This document shows, piece after piece, positions 1 to 8,284 of a DNA stretch of 64,000 nt. Numbering within the stretch: position 1 is the first letter of the stretch; each line of letters begins with the position of its first letter. Position numbers and translations under genes: made by a program. The notes beneath the pieces were generated by a model. That model made no database searches and was not told where the DNA came from. It was given only the letters and a program-made list of their open reading frames with translations. Source of the stretch: Poseidonia sp. (lineage in GTDB: Archaea > Thermoplasmatota > Poseidoniia > Poseidoniales > Poseidoniaceae); contig CBFIDD010000001.1 in assembly GCA_965661285.1 (NCBI GenBank), forward strand, positions 1-64,000, read 5' to 3'.

Positions 1-154
1 TCAAGCTGTTGCCGTCTCAACAATCGTGCCAACGGCTGAAACAGCAGCTCAGCGCTCGGATGAGAACGGCTACGAGTGGTTCACCACGGATGACGGGACC
101 AACTTCTACCGAACCGAGGGCAGCGGTGCTGAATGGGTCAAGTTTGAGAATTGA
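1..154 (+). CDS. 3' end of a protein (partial) with a Trp/Tyr-rich C-terminal motif
   Basis: Manual translation of the frame starting at nt 2: QAVAVSTIVPTAETAAQRSDENGYEWFTTDDGTNFYRTEGSGAEWVKFEN*, TGA at 152-154. Not in the ORF track. Confidence 0.75.
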   Translation, partial: QAVAVSTIVPTAETAAQRSDENGYEWFTTDDGTNFYRTEGSGAEWVKFEN

Positions 155-290
155 GTTCTTGCTCAATGAGGACCATCGCCAAATCGGGCCGCCGCGCCTC
201 GATCAGCATGGCAATCGCATGCAGAATGGAGCCACAGTTGCACGCATGTGCGACTCCCAGCGTATGAACCTCGTAAGGTTCGGACGACAT
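138..290 (-). CDS. Small hypothetical protein (50 aa, His/Cys-containing)
   Basis: MSSEPYEVHTLGVAHACNCGSILHAIAMLIEARRPDLAMVLIEQELNSQT. It fills the gap below the MFS gene and has a TTGAG promoter-like box about 30 nt upstream. Confidence 0.5.
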   Translation of the reverse strand: MSSEPYEVHTLGVAHACNCGSILHAIAMLIEARRPDLAMVLIEQELNSQT

Positions 291-321
291 GGGATTTGGA
301 AACAAGTGACTGAGACCATCC

Positions 322-2433
322 TCAAGCAACAGTGTTGAGGGTTCGGTCGGTCTCTTCAGGGTCAATGAACAACGCAGCGAGCACCACGAAGGTCTCGAGC
401 ACGGCAGCGATGTAGAAGAGCGTCTGGTAGTTGTAGCGCTCGGCAAAGATGGGCGCCAACTGATAGCCGATGATGGCGGAGAGGTTCATCATCGCCATGT
501 AGCCGGTAAACTGGGTTCCGCCCACCTCGGCCCAGGTGACCCGCATCATGAGCGAGTAAGCGCAGATGGAGACGATGGCCCAAAGGAAGGTGTGGATGAC
601 CCACACGAGCATCATGAACCAAACCTCGCTCCACATCGAATCAACCATGCCCCACACCAACGTGGTCAAGGATGCGCCAAGTGCAGCAAACATCAGCATG
701 GATTTGCCTCCGAAACGACGCCCGAGTTCCCCACCTGCCATGGCCCCCAGCATGGTGACAACGAGGATGATGCCACCCTTGGTCGCGTTGAATTCTTCCT
801 GGCTCCACCCGAGTTCTTGAAGGAACAGCAGCGGCAGTATCGGAATGAGGATGAAGGCCAGGGAGATCGTGAGGCTGACCACAACACCGAGTTGAGCCGA
901 GCGCACGGAGAACGCGGTGCGAATGTTCGCGAGAATGGTCTTGAAATCGCGAACCTCATCTTGCGGCCCTTCCTCTTGCTCGACCACCTCTCCCTCATCC
1001 CACGGAAAGCGCTTCTCACCGGGACGCTCACGCATGAACAAGGGCACCATCATGATGACGACGAGAATGGGGATTTGGATAAGGAAGGCACCACGGATAC
1101 CGACGATACCGATGATGGTCCCAAGACCGGCACCGCCAATGGCACCGCCCAAGGACTTGGCCGTGAACATGTAGCTGTTGACCCGTTCGAATTCATGGGG
1201 CTGAAGGACGTCAACGGCGAGGGCGTCGGTTGACACGTCTTGCAGGGCCGTGAACACATTGTAGACGAAAAAGAGGGCCCCGAGCAAGGTGATGTTAGTG
1301 GTCAAATCGGGCACCAACAGCATCGTGACAAGAAGCGCCACCATGCCGGTTTGGGCGATGAGAATCCAAGGCCGGCGACGTCCCAATTCGGGCATTTGGA
1401 AGCGGTCGATGATGGGGCCCCAGAGGAACTTGAACGACCACGGAAGGGTGCCGAGCGTGAGCAAGTAGGCGAGGTCGCCAGCATCCGCTCCTTCGGCGGC
1501 GAGGAAGGTCACCATCGTGACGGTGATGAAGCCCCAGGGAACACCTTGGGCGACATAGAGGGCTGAGAGGGTGATGACACGAGCCCGATAACTGTCCACC
1601 AGCGTCTCGCCGTCAGAAGTTGACTCGCCTTCAACGGCCTCAACCGCCTCGGTTTCCGGCTCATTCAAATCAAGGTCGAGGTGGAAACGGTCTCGCTGCT
1701 TGACCGAGACATAACCGATGAGAAAAACCACCGGGAAAATCCAGCCTGCAAAGAGAACCACCGGCAAGGACCCGCTCCCGACCGCCAGCGTTGCTGCTTC
1801 CTCGCCGTCCTCGTTGAGAATGGTGAAATCCAACACCAGCAGACTGACCACACTGGCGACCTCTTCGCCGTCGTCGTTGTTCGAACAAAGGGCACCGTTG
1901 AAGGCTTCTGCATCAACGGTCAGCGCAAGGTTGTACGTGCCCCGAGCCGCTTCACCAAAAGCCAGTTGAGCCTCGATGTCGCTCTTGGTCATCCCTTCGA
2001 TAACCCCTGAAAGCAGGGACTGGTTGTGCCATGTGAGGTTCACATCGTGCGAACCGGGATTCTGGCCCGAAGCCGTGAGCGTCCATTCGCCTTTGGTCGT
2101 CGTGGCCTCAATCGTGTCGGGCTCGTTGGCTTCCCCACCCGTACAAAGCGGGCCACCCGAGGTTTCGTCTTCACCATAGGTGAGTGAGAACAGAACGCCG
2201 ACGACGTTACCACCTGCGGCCTCGATGGCGTCATCGAATGAGGAGGAATCAACGCTCCATTCAACCGTTGCTTCATCTTGATAGTAGGCCGATTTGGCCT
2301 CCAATTCAACGGCACTCATGGTGGATTCAACGATGTAGGCGCCCGTGACTTCAGCCCCGTCGCCGCCGCTTCCAAGACATCCGGTGAGTGGAGCCAAAAG
2401 GACCAGCATCAACAAAAGATGAACCGGTCGCAT
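322..2433 (-). CDS. AmpG-like MFS transporter with N-terminal lipoprotein-type extracellular domain
   Basis: AmpG-family motifs LYVAQGVPWG, LPWSFKFLWGPIID, GRRRPWI, QDVSTDALAVD and GTQF. Start re-assigned to MRPVHLLL...LTGC (lipobox-like). Confidence 0.85.
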   Translation of the reverse strand: MRPVHLLLMLVLLAPLTGCLGSGGDGAEVTGAYIVESTMSAVELEAKSAYYQDEATVEWSVDSSSFDDAIEAAGGNVVGVLFSLTYGEDETSGGPLCTGGEANEPDTIEATTTKGEWTLTASGQNPGSHDVNLTWHNQSLLSGVIEGMTKSDIEAQLAFGEAARGTYNLALTVDAEAFNGALCSNNDDGEEVASVVSLLVLDFTILNEDGEEAATLAVGSGSLPVVLFAGWIFPVVFLIGYVSVKQRDRFHLDLDLNEPETEAVEAVEGESTSDGETLVDSYRARVITLSALYVAQGVPWGFITVTMVTFLAAEGADAGDLAYLLTLGTLPWSFKFLWGPIIDRFQMPELGRRRPWILIAQTGMVALLVTMLLVPDLTTNITLLGALFFVYNVFTALQDVSTDALAVDVLQPHEFERVNSYMFTAKSLGGAIGGAGLGTIIGIVGIRGAFLIQIPILVVIMMVPLFMRERPGEKRFPWDEGEVVEQEEGPQDEVRDFKTILANIRTAFSVRSAQLGVVVSLTISLAFILIPILPLLFLQELGWSQEEFNATKGGIILVVTMLGAMAGGELGRRFGGKSMLMFAALGASLTTLVWGMVDSMWSEVWFMMLVWVIHTFLWAIVSICAYSLMMRVTWAEVGGTQFTGYMAMMNLSAIIGYQLAPIFAERYNYQTLFYIAAVLETFVVLAALFIDPEETDRTLNTVA

Positions 2434-2497
2434 GGGTTGAGGGCCCCTCGGCTTCCCTTCAAGATTGTTCAAGGATGATTCAGCCGATAACCAGCGG

Positions 2498-2824
2498 TCA
2501 ATCCCAGATGCCCATGTCCATGCGAGCGTCTTCGCTGGCGTGGATTTTCGGGTCCCAGCGAGGCGTCCAGACGAGGTTGATGTGAACCGAGGCAAGACCG
2601 TCGGTCTGAAGCGCAGCGCGGTGAGCCGCCGCCATGATCTCCGGGGCGGCAGGACAACCGGGCGAGGTCAGTGTCAAGTCCACCTCAGCGTGGAGGCCCT
2701 CGTCTTTGTCCTCAAAGCGAACGTCGTACACCAGGCCCAACTCCACAATGGAGAGTTCCAGCTCTGGGTCCTCCACGTCGTCGAGGTTGTCCATCACCGC
2801 TTCCTTGGTCGTCATGTGGCTCAC
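2498..2824 (-). CDS. sufT: Fe-S cluster assembly factor SufT (DUF59)
   Basis: DPELELSIVELGLVY, TLTSPGCP and WTPRW motifs; last gene of the suf operon. Confidence 0.9.
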   Translation of the reverse strand: MSHMTTKEAVMDNLDDVEDPELELSIVELGLVYDVRFEDKDEGLHAEVDLTLTSPGCPAAPEIMAAAHRAALQTDGLASVHINLVWTPRWDPKIHASEDARMDMGIWD

Positions 2825-3237
2825 TCCACGCTCGCACGAATCTCGTTCATGACCTTGTCGTACATGTTTCGAAAGCCGTTGGAGCGGCTTGGGGTCAAGG
2901 TGTTGGTCAAGCCCATGTCTTGGGCGAAATCAACCGGAATGAGCACGGCTTGGGCAGGCGTCAAACCCTCGATGGCGATGCTTAACACGCCCATGAGGCC
3001 TTGGACCAATTTTGCATCCGCCGCTCCCAGTACGTGCACGAGACCGTCGTTAATCGCCACGCGAACGTGGGCTTCGGATTGGCATCCACGGACCCGCGTC
3101 TCGTCTGACCATTGTGAGGTGGGCAATTCGACGACCTCTTCGGCCAACTCAAACAGCATCTCCAAGCGTTCTCGCTTGTCGTCCACTTCTTGAAATTCTT
3201 CGACCAGTTCTTGCAGGGCCTCAGGGTAGAACGTCAT
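2821..3237 (-). CDS. sufE: SufE sulfur acceptor protein
   Basis: VRGCQS motif, ADAKLVQGL, LTPSRSNGF. Confidence 0.92.
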   Translation of the reverse strand: MTFYPEALQELVEEFQEVDDKRERLEMLFELAEEVVELPTSQWSDETRVRGCQSEAHVRVAINDGLVHVLGAADAKLVQGLMGVLSIAIEGLTPAQAVLIPVDFAQDMGLTNTLTPSRSNGFRNMYDKVMNEIRASVE

Positions 3238-4427
3238 GCAAACTTCTCCGTGATTTCTTTGAGTTCGCTCACCAATCCTTCGGCTTCTTCACGGGTGTTG
3301 TAGACATAGAACGAGGCCCGGACCGTTCCGGTGATACCGAGGCGGTGAAGCAGCGGTTGAGCGCAGTGGTGGCCGGTTCGTACGGCGAAGCCGCGTGAAT
3401 CAAGCAGATGGGCCATGTCCTCGCTGTTGATGGTGGGATGCAGGAACGAGACAACGGCGGCGTCGTGTTCATCGTGGCGACCGTAAACGCTCATGCCCAT
3501 CCCTCGAAGTTCTTCGGCAACCCAGGAGGCGATCTCGATCAGGCGTGCATGTTCGGCGTCCAAATCAAAGGTGTCCATCCAGTCAAGGGCCGCCGACCAG
3601 CCGATGGCCTCGGCGATGCGCGGGGTTCCGGCCTCGAATTTGTGCTCATTGGTCTGGTAGGTTGAGCCCTCGGTGGTGACGGTTTCAATCATATCGCCCC
3701 CACCCATGAAGGGCTCCATCTGTTCAAACGCGTCGGGTTGGACCAGAAGGGCACCGATGCCGGTTGGGCCGCACATCTTGTGCGCGGAAAAGGCCATGAA
3801 GTCCGCTCCAAACTCAGCGAAGTCAACCGTTGAGTGCGGCACACCCTGAGCAGCGTCGATGAGCACCTTGGCACCGACATCGTGTGAAGCAGTGATGATG
3901 TCTTCAAGCGGGTTGCGAACACCCAACACGTTTGAGGTGTGGACGACGCAAACGAGTTTCGCCCCGTCGAGGGCGTGGTGAAACGCGTCCATGTCAAGAG
4001 TGAAGTGTTGGGTCACTGGAACGTAGCGCAGTTCGACCCCCCGTTCCTCGGCCAGCATCTGCCACGGGACGATATCGGAATGGTGTTCCATCTCCGTCAG
4101 GACGATGGCGTCGCCTTTGGTGAGGTTCGCACGCCCCCACGCGTGGGCGACGAGGTTGATGGCTTCGGTGGTGCCGCTGGTGATGATGACTTTGTCCGCA
4201 TTGAAGCGAGCCTTCAGCTTGCGACGACACGATTCGTAGCCTTCGGTGGCCTCACCGGCGAGGGTGTGGACCGAGCGGTGGACGTTGGCATTGGACTTGG
4301 AGTAGTAATCGTTCATGGCGTCGAGGACCACTTGCGGTTTTTGCGTGGTGGCGGCGTTGTCCAGATAGACGAGCGGATGGCCGTTGACCTTACGCTGAAG
4401 GATGGGGAACTGGTCTCGCAACGCCAC
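3234..4427 (-). CDS. sufS: Cysteine desulfurase SufS
   Basis: YLDNAATTQKP, FSAHKMCGPTG (PLP lysine), RTGHHCAQP (group II catalytic Cys). Confidence 0.96.
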   Translation of the reverse strand: MALRDQFPILQRKVNGHPLVYLDNAATTQKPQVVLDAMNDYYSKSNANVHRSVHTLAGEATEGYESCRRKLKARFNADKVIITSGTTEAINLVAHAWGRANLTKGDAIVLTEMEHHSDIVPWQMLAEERGVELRYVPVTQHFTLDMDAFHHALDGAKLVCVVHTSNVLGVRNPLEDIITASHDVGAKVLIDAAQGVPHSTVDFAEFGADFMAFSAHKMCGPTGIGALLVQPDAFEQMEPFMGGGDMIETVTTEGSTYQTNEHKFEAGTPRIAEAIGWSAALDWMDTFDLDAEHARLIEIASWVAEELRGMGMSVYGRHDEHDAAVVSFLHPTINSEDMAHLLDSRGFAVRTGHHCAQPLLHRLGITGTVRASFYVYNTREEAEGLVSELKEITEKFA

Positions 4428-4431
4428 ATGT

Positions 4432-5472
4432 TCACCTCTTCAATTCGCATTCCAAGTGCACGGTCAATCGGGTGCGCATTTCGTCAACCAAAGCAGCGTG
4501 TTGAAGCGAAGAAAAACCGTCGTGCATGAAACCCTCGATGAGCAAAGCCACGGCCGTCTCTTCGTCCAAGCCTCTGCTCATGAGGTAGTGAAGTTGGTCG
4601 CGGTCAACCGGAGCACTGGCGGCGCCGTGGGCGGCTGCAACTTCGTCGGCGAGCACTTCCAATTCGGGTATGGATTCCGCCCGTGCTTTTTCTGAGAGCA
4701 GGAGATTCTTGAACACTTGACCGGCATCGCAGTGGTTGGCGTTGTTGGCGATGGTCAGGAGGCCGGTCCCGATGGCGTGGCTCTGGTCGTCGCAGGCGGC
4801 GTGAATGTTGAGAGAGGAATCGGTGTGGGGCACATCGTGATGAATCTCGACGTGGTGGTCAACGTGCCGCTGCTGGGTGCCATGGGCCGAAATGGCTTGG
4901 GTCAACGCTGCCCCGCTTCCTGTAAACCGGCTACGAATATCGCTCTTGCATCGGAATCCGCCGATGGAGAGTCCGGCCAGTTCAAGGGTAGCGTCACGAG
5001 CGATGCTCCAATCTTCGCAACGAAGCAGTTTTCCATTGGCCGACAATTCGTTCACGAAACCAAAACCGGCTCGGACGTTTGCAGCGATTTCACCCGTGAT
5101 GTGCAGCCCTGTCCAATCGGCTTCACCCGAAAGGTGGAGGATCACGGCGACATCGTGGTTCAACGAGAGATGGAGGTGACCAACGGCCACGTGGCCCGAG
5201 GCGACGGCCTGAAGGTGGACGACGTCGTGCTGACCCGTGCTTTCGAAGGTCATGGCCGTGCCGCCAAGTTCGCTCAGGAAGACGCGACCGATCTCCTCGG
5301 CATTCACGATGCGAGGGGCGCCGTCGACGAGTTCACCGCCCTCGACGACCTTGAAACGAACACCGTTGGCGTCGGGAACTTCGTCAACTTTGGACGGATG
5401 AATGCGCGCCCAAGGAGTGTATCGCCACAGATGAAGAGCACGGGAGGGAACGGCCATGTCGGCATACTTCAT
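4432..5472 (-). CDS. sufD: Fe-S cluster assembly protein SufD
   Basis: [16 protein letters not shown] and YLMSRGL motifs; follows sufB. Confidence 0.9.
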   Translation of the reverse strand: MKYADMAVPSRALHLWRYTPWARIHPSKVDEVPDANGVRFKVVEGGELVDGAPRIVNAEEIGRVFLSELGGTAMTFESTGQHDVVHLQAVASGHVAVGHLHLSLNHDVAVILHLSGEADWTGLHITGEIAANVRAGFGFVNELSANGKLLRCEDWSIARDATLELAGLSIGGFRCKSDIRSRFTGSGAALTQAISAHGTQQRHVDHHVEIHHDVPHTDSSLNIHAACDDQSHAIGTGLLTIANNANHCDAGQVFKNLLLSEKARAESIPELEVLADEVAAAHGAASAPVDRDQLHYLMSRGLDEETAVALLIEGFMHDGFSSLQHAALVDEMRTRLTVHLECELKR

Positions 5473-6881
5473 CCGATGGAACCCTCCATTTCCAACTCGA
5501 GCAACTTGTTGAGTTCCACGGCGTATTCCATCGGGAGTTCACGTGTGAACGGTTCAAAGAACCCGTTCACGATGAGTCCCATGGCTTCTTCTTCCGAAAA
5601 GCCACGACTCATGAGGTAGAAGAGTTGGTCGCCGGACACCTTGGAAACACTGGCTTCGTGCTCGAGGTCGGCGGTGGAATTTCCAATCTCCATCGTGGGA
5701 TAGGTGTCCGATCGAGAGTCGCTGTCGAGCATCAGCGCATCGCAGACGATCTTTGAGCGGCAGCCGTGGGATTTTGGCGTGACCTGCAACATGCCTCGAT
5801 AGGACGAGCGCCCACCGTTCTTGGAAATGGATTTCGACAGGATGTTGGAGGTGGTGTTGGGCGCAAGGTGGTGGACCTTGGCGCCGGCGTCCTGGTGTTG
5901 TCCAGCACCAGCATAGGCCACGGAAATGACCTCGGCGTGGGCGCCTTCGCCCTTGAGCAGAACAGCTGGATACTTCATCGTCAATTTGGACCCGATGTTG
6001 CCATCAACCCATTCGACGGTGGCGTTTTCGTGAGCCACACCTCGCTTGGTGACGAGGTTGTACACGTTGGCCGACCAGTTCTGAATGGTGGAGTATCGAA
6101 TCTTGGCGTCCTTCATCGCGATGAGTTCAACCACGGCGGAGTGAAGTGAATCGGTGGAGTAGGTTGGAGCGGTGCAGCCTTCGACATAGTGGATGCTGCT
6201 GCCCTCGTCGGCGATGATGAGGGTGCGCTCAAACTGACCCATGTTCTTGGCGTTGATTCGGAAGTAGGCTTGGACGGGCATCTCAACATGGACGCCCTTG
6301 GGCACATAGATGAACGACCCACCCGACCAAACGGCCGTGTTCAGCGCCGAGAATTTGTTATCGCTGTAGGGAATGACCGTCCCAAAGAACTTCTTGACGA
6401 TGTCCGGGTGCTCTTTGAGGCCGCTGTCCATGTCGAGGAACAGGACGCCCTGCTCTTCGAGGTCCTCGCGGATGGAGTGATACACGGCCTCCGATTCGTA
6501 CTGGGCGGTCACGCCGCCAAGCCATTTTTGCTCGGCTTCGGGAATACCTAACCGGTCGAAGGTGTTCTTGATGTCATCGGGCACGTCGTCCCAGTCCTTC
6601 TCGGTGGCATCCGAAGAGCGGAGGAAGTAAGTTACGTTGTCAAAGTCGATGTTGTTGAGTTCACCGCAGTTGCCCCAATCAGGCATCTCGCGTTCCATGA
6701 AGTGGTGGTAGGCTTTGACACGGATCTCGGTCATCCACTCCGGCTCGTCTTTGAGGGCGGAGATGTCCCGAACCACCTGTTCTGACAGACCCTTGTCAAA
6801 CCGAATGGTGGCGTTTTCCGGGTCGTGGAAACCAAACTGGTACTCGCCCACCGCCTCTCGTGCTTCGTCGCTCATGCTCAA
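5469..6881 (-). CDS. sufB: Fe-S cluster assembly protein SufB
   Basis: [33 protein letters not shown]. Confidence 0.97.
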   Translation of the reverse strand: MSMSDEAREAVGEYQFGFHDPENATIRFDKGLSEQVVRDISALKDEPEWMTEIRVKAYHHFMEREMPDWGNCGELNNIDFDNVTYFLRSSDATEKDWDDVPDDIKNTFDRLGIPEAEQKWLGGVTAQYESEAVYHSIREDLEEQGVLFLDMDSGLKEHPDIVKKFFGTVIPYSDNKFSALNTAVWSGGSFIYVPKGVHVEMPVQAYFRINAKNMGQFERTLIIADEGSSIHYVEGCTAPTYSTDSLHSAVVELIAMKDAKIRYSTIQNWSANVYNLVTKRGVAHENATVEWVDGNIGSKLTMKYPAVLLKGEGAHAEVISVAYAGAGQHQDAGAKVHHLAPNTTSNILSKSISKNGGRSSYRGMLQVTPKSHGCRSKIVCDALMLDSDSRSDTYPTMEIGNSTADLEHEASVSKVSGDQLFYLMSRGFSEEEAMGLIVNGFFEPFTRELPMEYAVELNKLLELEMEGSIG

Positions 6882-7633
6882 GCCTCCTTTAGTGCTTCCA
6901 GCCAGTCATAGCCTTGCGCCTCAAGCTTCATGGCCAACTCAGGGCCGCCGGATTCAACGATAGCACCGTCGATCATCACGTGGACAAAGTGCGGCTGAAC
7001 ATGGTCAAGCAGACGCTGGTAGTGGGTGATGATGAGACAGCCGGCTTCGGAAGCCACGCTGTTGATGCCTTTGGCGACGATGCGCAAAGCATCGATGTCG
7101 AGACCCGAATCGGTTTCATCAAGCAGGGCCAGGGTGGGCTTGAGGAGCAACATTTGGAGAATCTCAAGGCGCTTCTTCTCGCCGCCACTGAAGCCGTCGT
7201 TTACGTAGCGAGAAAGGACCGTTTTCTCCATTTCCAGCGTTTGCATGGCTGCGTTGAGTTCCTTTCGGAACGCACGGCCCTTCATCGGGTCGTCTCGAAC
7301 CGATTGGACGGATTTTTTGAGGAACGTTCCGACCTGCACGCCGGGGATCACAGCAGGGTATTGGAACGAGAGGAACATTCCCGCCCGTGCTCGCTCGAAC
7401 ACGCTCATCTCATCGATGTTCGTGCCCATGTAGTGGATGCTTCCTTGGGTGATTTCGTAGGCAGGATGGCCCATGATGACACTGGCGAGCGTGGATTTAC
7501 CGGCCCCGTTTCGGCCCATGACGACGTGAATTTCGCCACGATTGATGGTTAAACTCATGCCGTTGAGGATGGGCGTATCGTCTACGCTCACATGAAGGTC
7601 CTCAACCCGCAAGATTTCATCGCCCATGGTCAT
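6878..7633 (-). CDS. sufC: Fe-S cluster assembly ATPase SufC
   Basis: [41 protein letters not shown]. Confidence 0.97.
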   Translation of the reverse strand: MTMGDEILRVEDLHVSVDDTPILNGMSLTINRGEIHVVMGRNGAGKSTLASVIMGHPAYEITQGSIHYMGTNIDEMSVFERARAGMFLSFQYPAVIPGVQVGTFLKKSVQSVRDDPMKGRAFRKELNAAMQTLEMEKTVLSRYVNDGFSGGEKKRLEILQMLLLKPTLALLDETDSGLDIDALRIVAKGINSVASEAGCLIITHYQRLLDHVQPHFVHVMIDGAIVESGGPELAMKLEAQGYDWLEALKEA

Positions 7634-7769
7634 CCCTGCATCGGGGTCTCATCTGTCCTATATCAAGGGATGTAGTGGCCAAAGGGGCACCAGTTTCCGG
7701 CAGAAGACCCCGCCAACAACAACCGCTGGCCATACGAGGGTTGAAGTTTGCCAGCCCAAGGGGGGAGGC

Positions 7770-8243
7770 ATGGATGACGATTTGGTGGCGAAGTATGCCG
7801 CTGAGGCCAGGGCGGCCATGGAGGCCGAGGCCGCTCGTCGAGTGGCGGAAACCACGGACCCCGAAGAGGAGGAACGATTGCGAAACACATCGCTGTTTGA
7901 TGTCCTCAATACCGACCACTTCATCGCCGCTCTTCTGGCCCGCCTCGGCACGGTCAGGGCTGCTTTGGACGGACACGGAGGAGGCATCGCCGCCTCTCAA
8001 GTTGACCATGCCAACGATGCATTCGACCTCGTTCTGGATTTGACGGGCGCTTGTTTGTCGTGCGGTGCTGCCCCCGGAACACTCGAAGGGGTGAAAACCG
8101 ACCTCGAAGCGGACAAGGAAATTCAGCGGGTGCGATTTTCCTCCGCCCTTCTCGACACCTTTGATGACCTTGGCCGCGAGTTTATCCTGGCGCACGGTGC
8201 CGTGGAATTCGTTGACCCGCCGTCTGCCGGAGACGACGAGTAA
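7770..8243 (+). CDS. NifU-domain (Nfu-type) Fe-S carrier protein
   Basis: VRAALDGHGGGI...LTGACLSC (NifU CxxC). The ATG at 7770 follows GGGGGAGG. Confidence 0.85.
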   Translation: MDDDLVAKYAAEARAAMEAEAARRVAETTDPEEEERLRNTSLFDVLNTDHFIAALLARLGTVRAALDGHGGGIAASQVDHANDAFDLVLDLTGACLSCGAAPGTLEGVKTDLEADKEIQRVRFSSALLDTFDDLGREFILAHGAVEFVDPPSAGDDE

Positions 8244-8284
8244 ACAGCCGAGCCTTTGAAAAAAGGCGCACATGAGGCGTCGTC

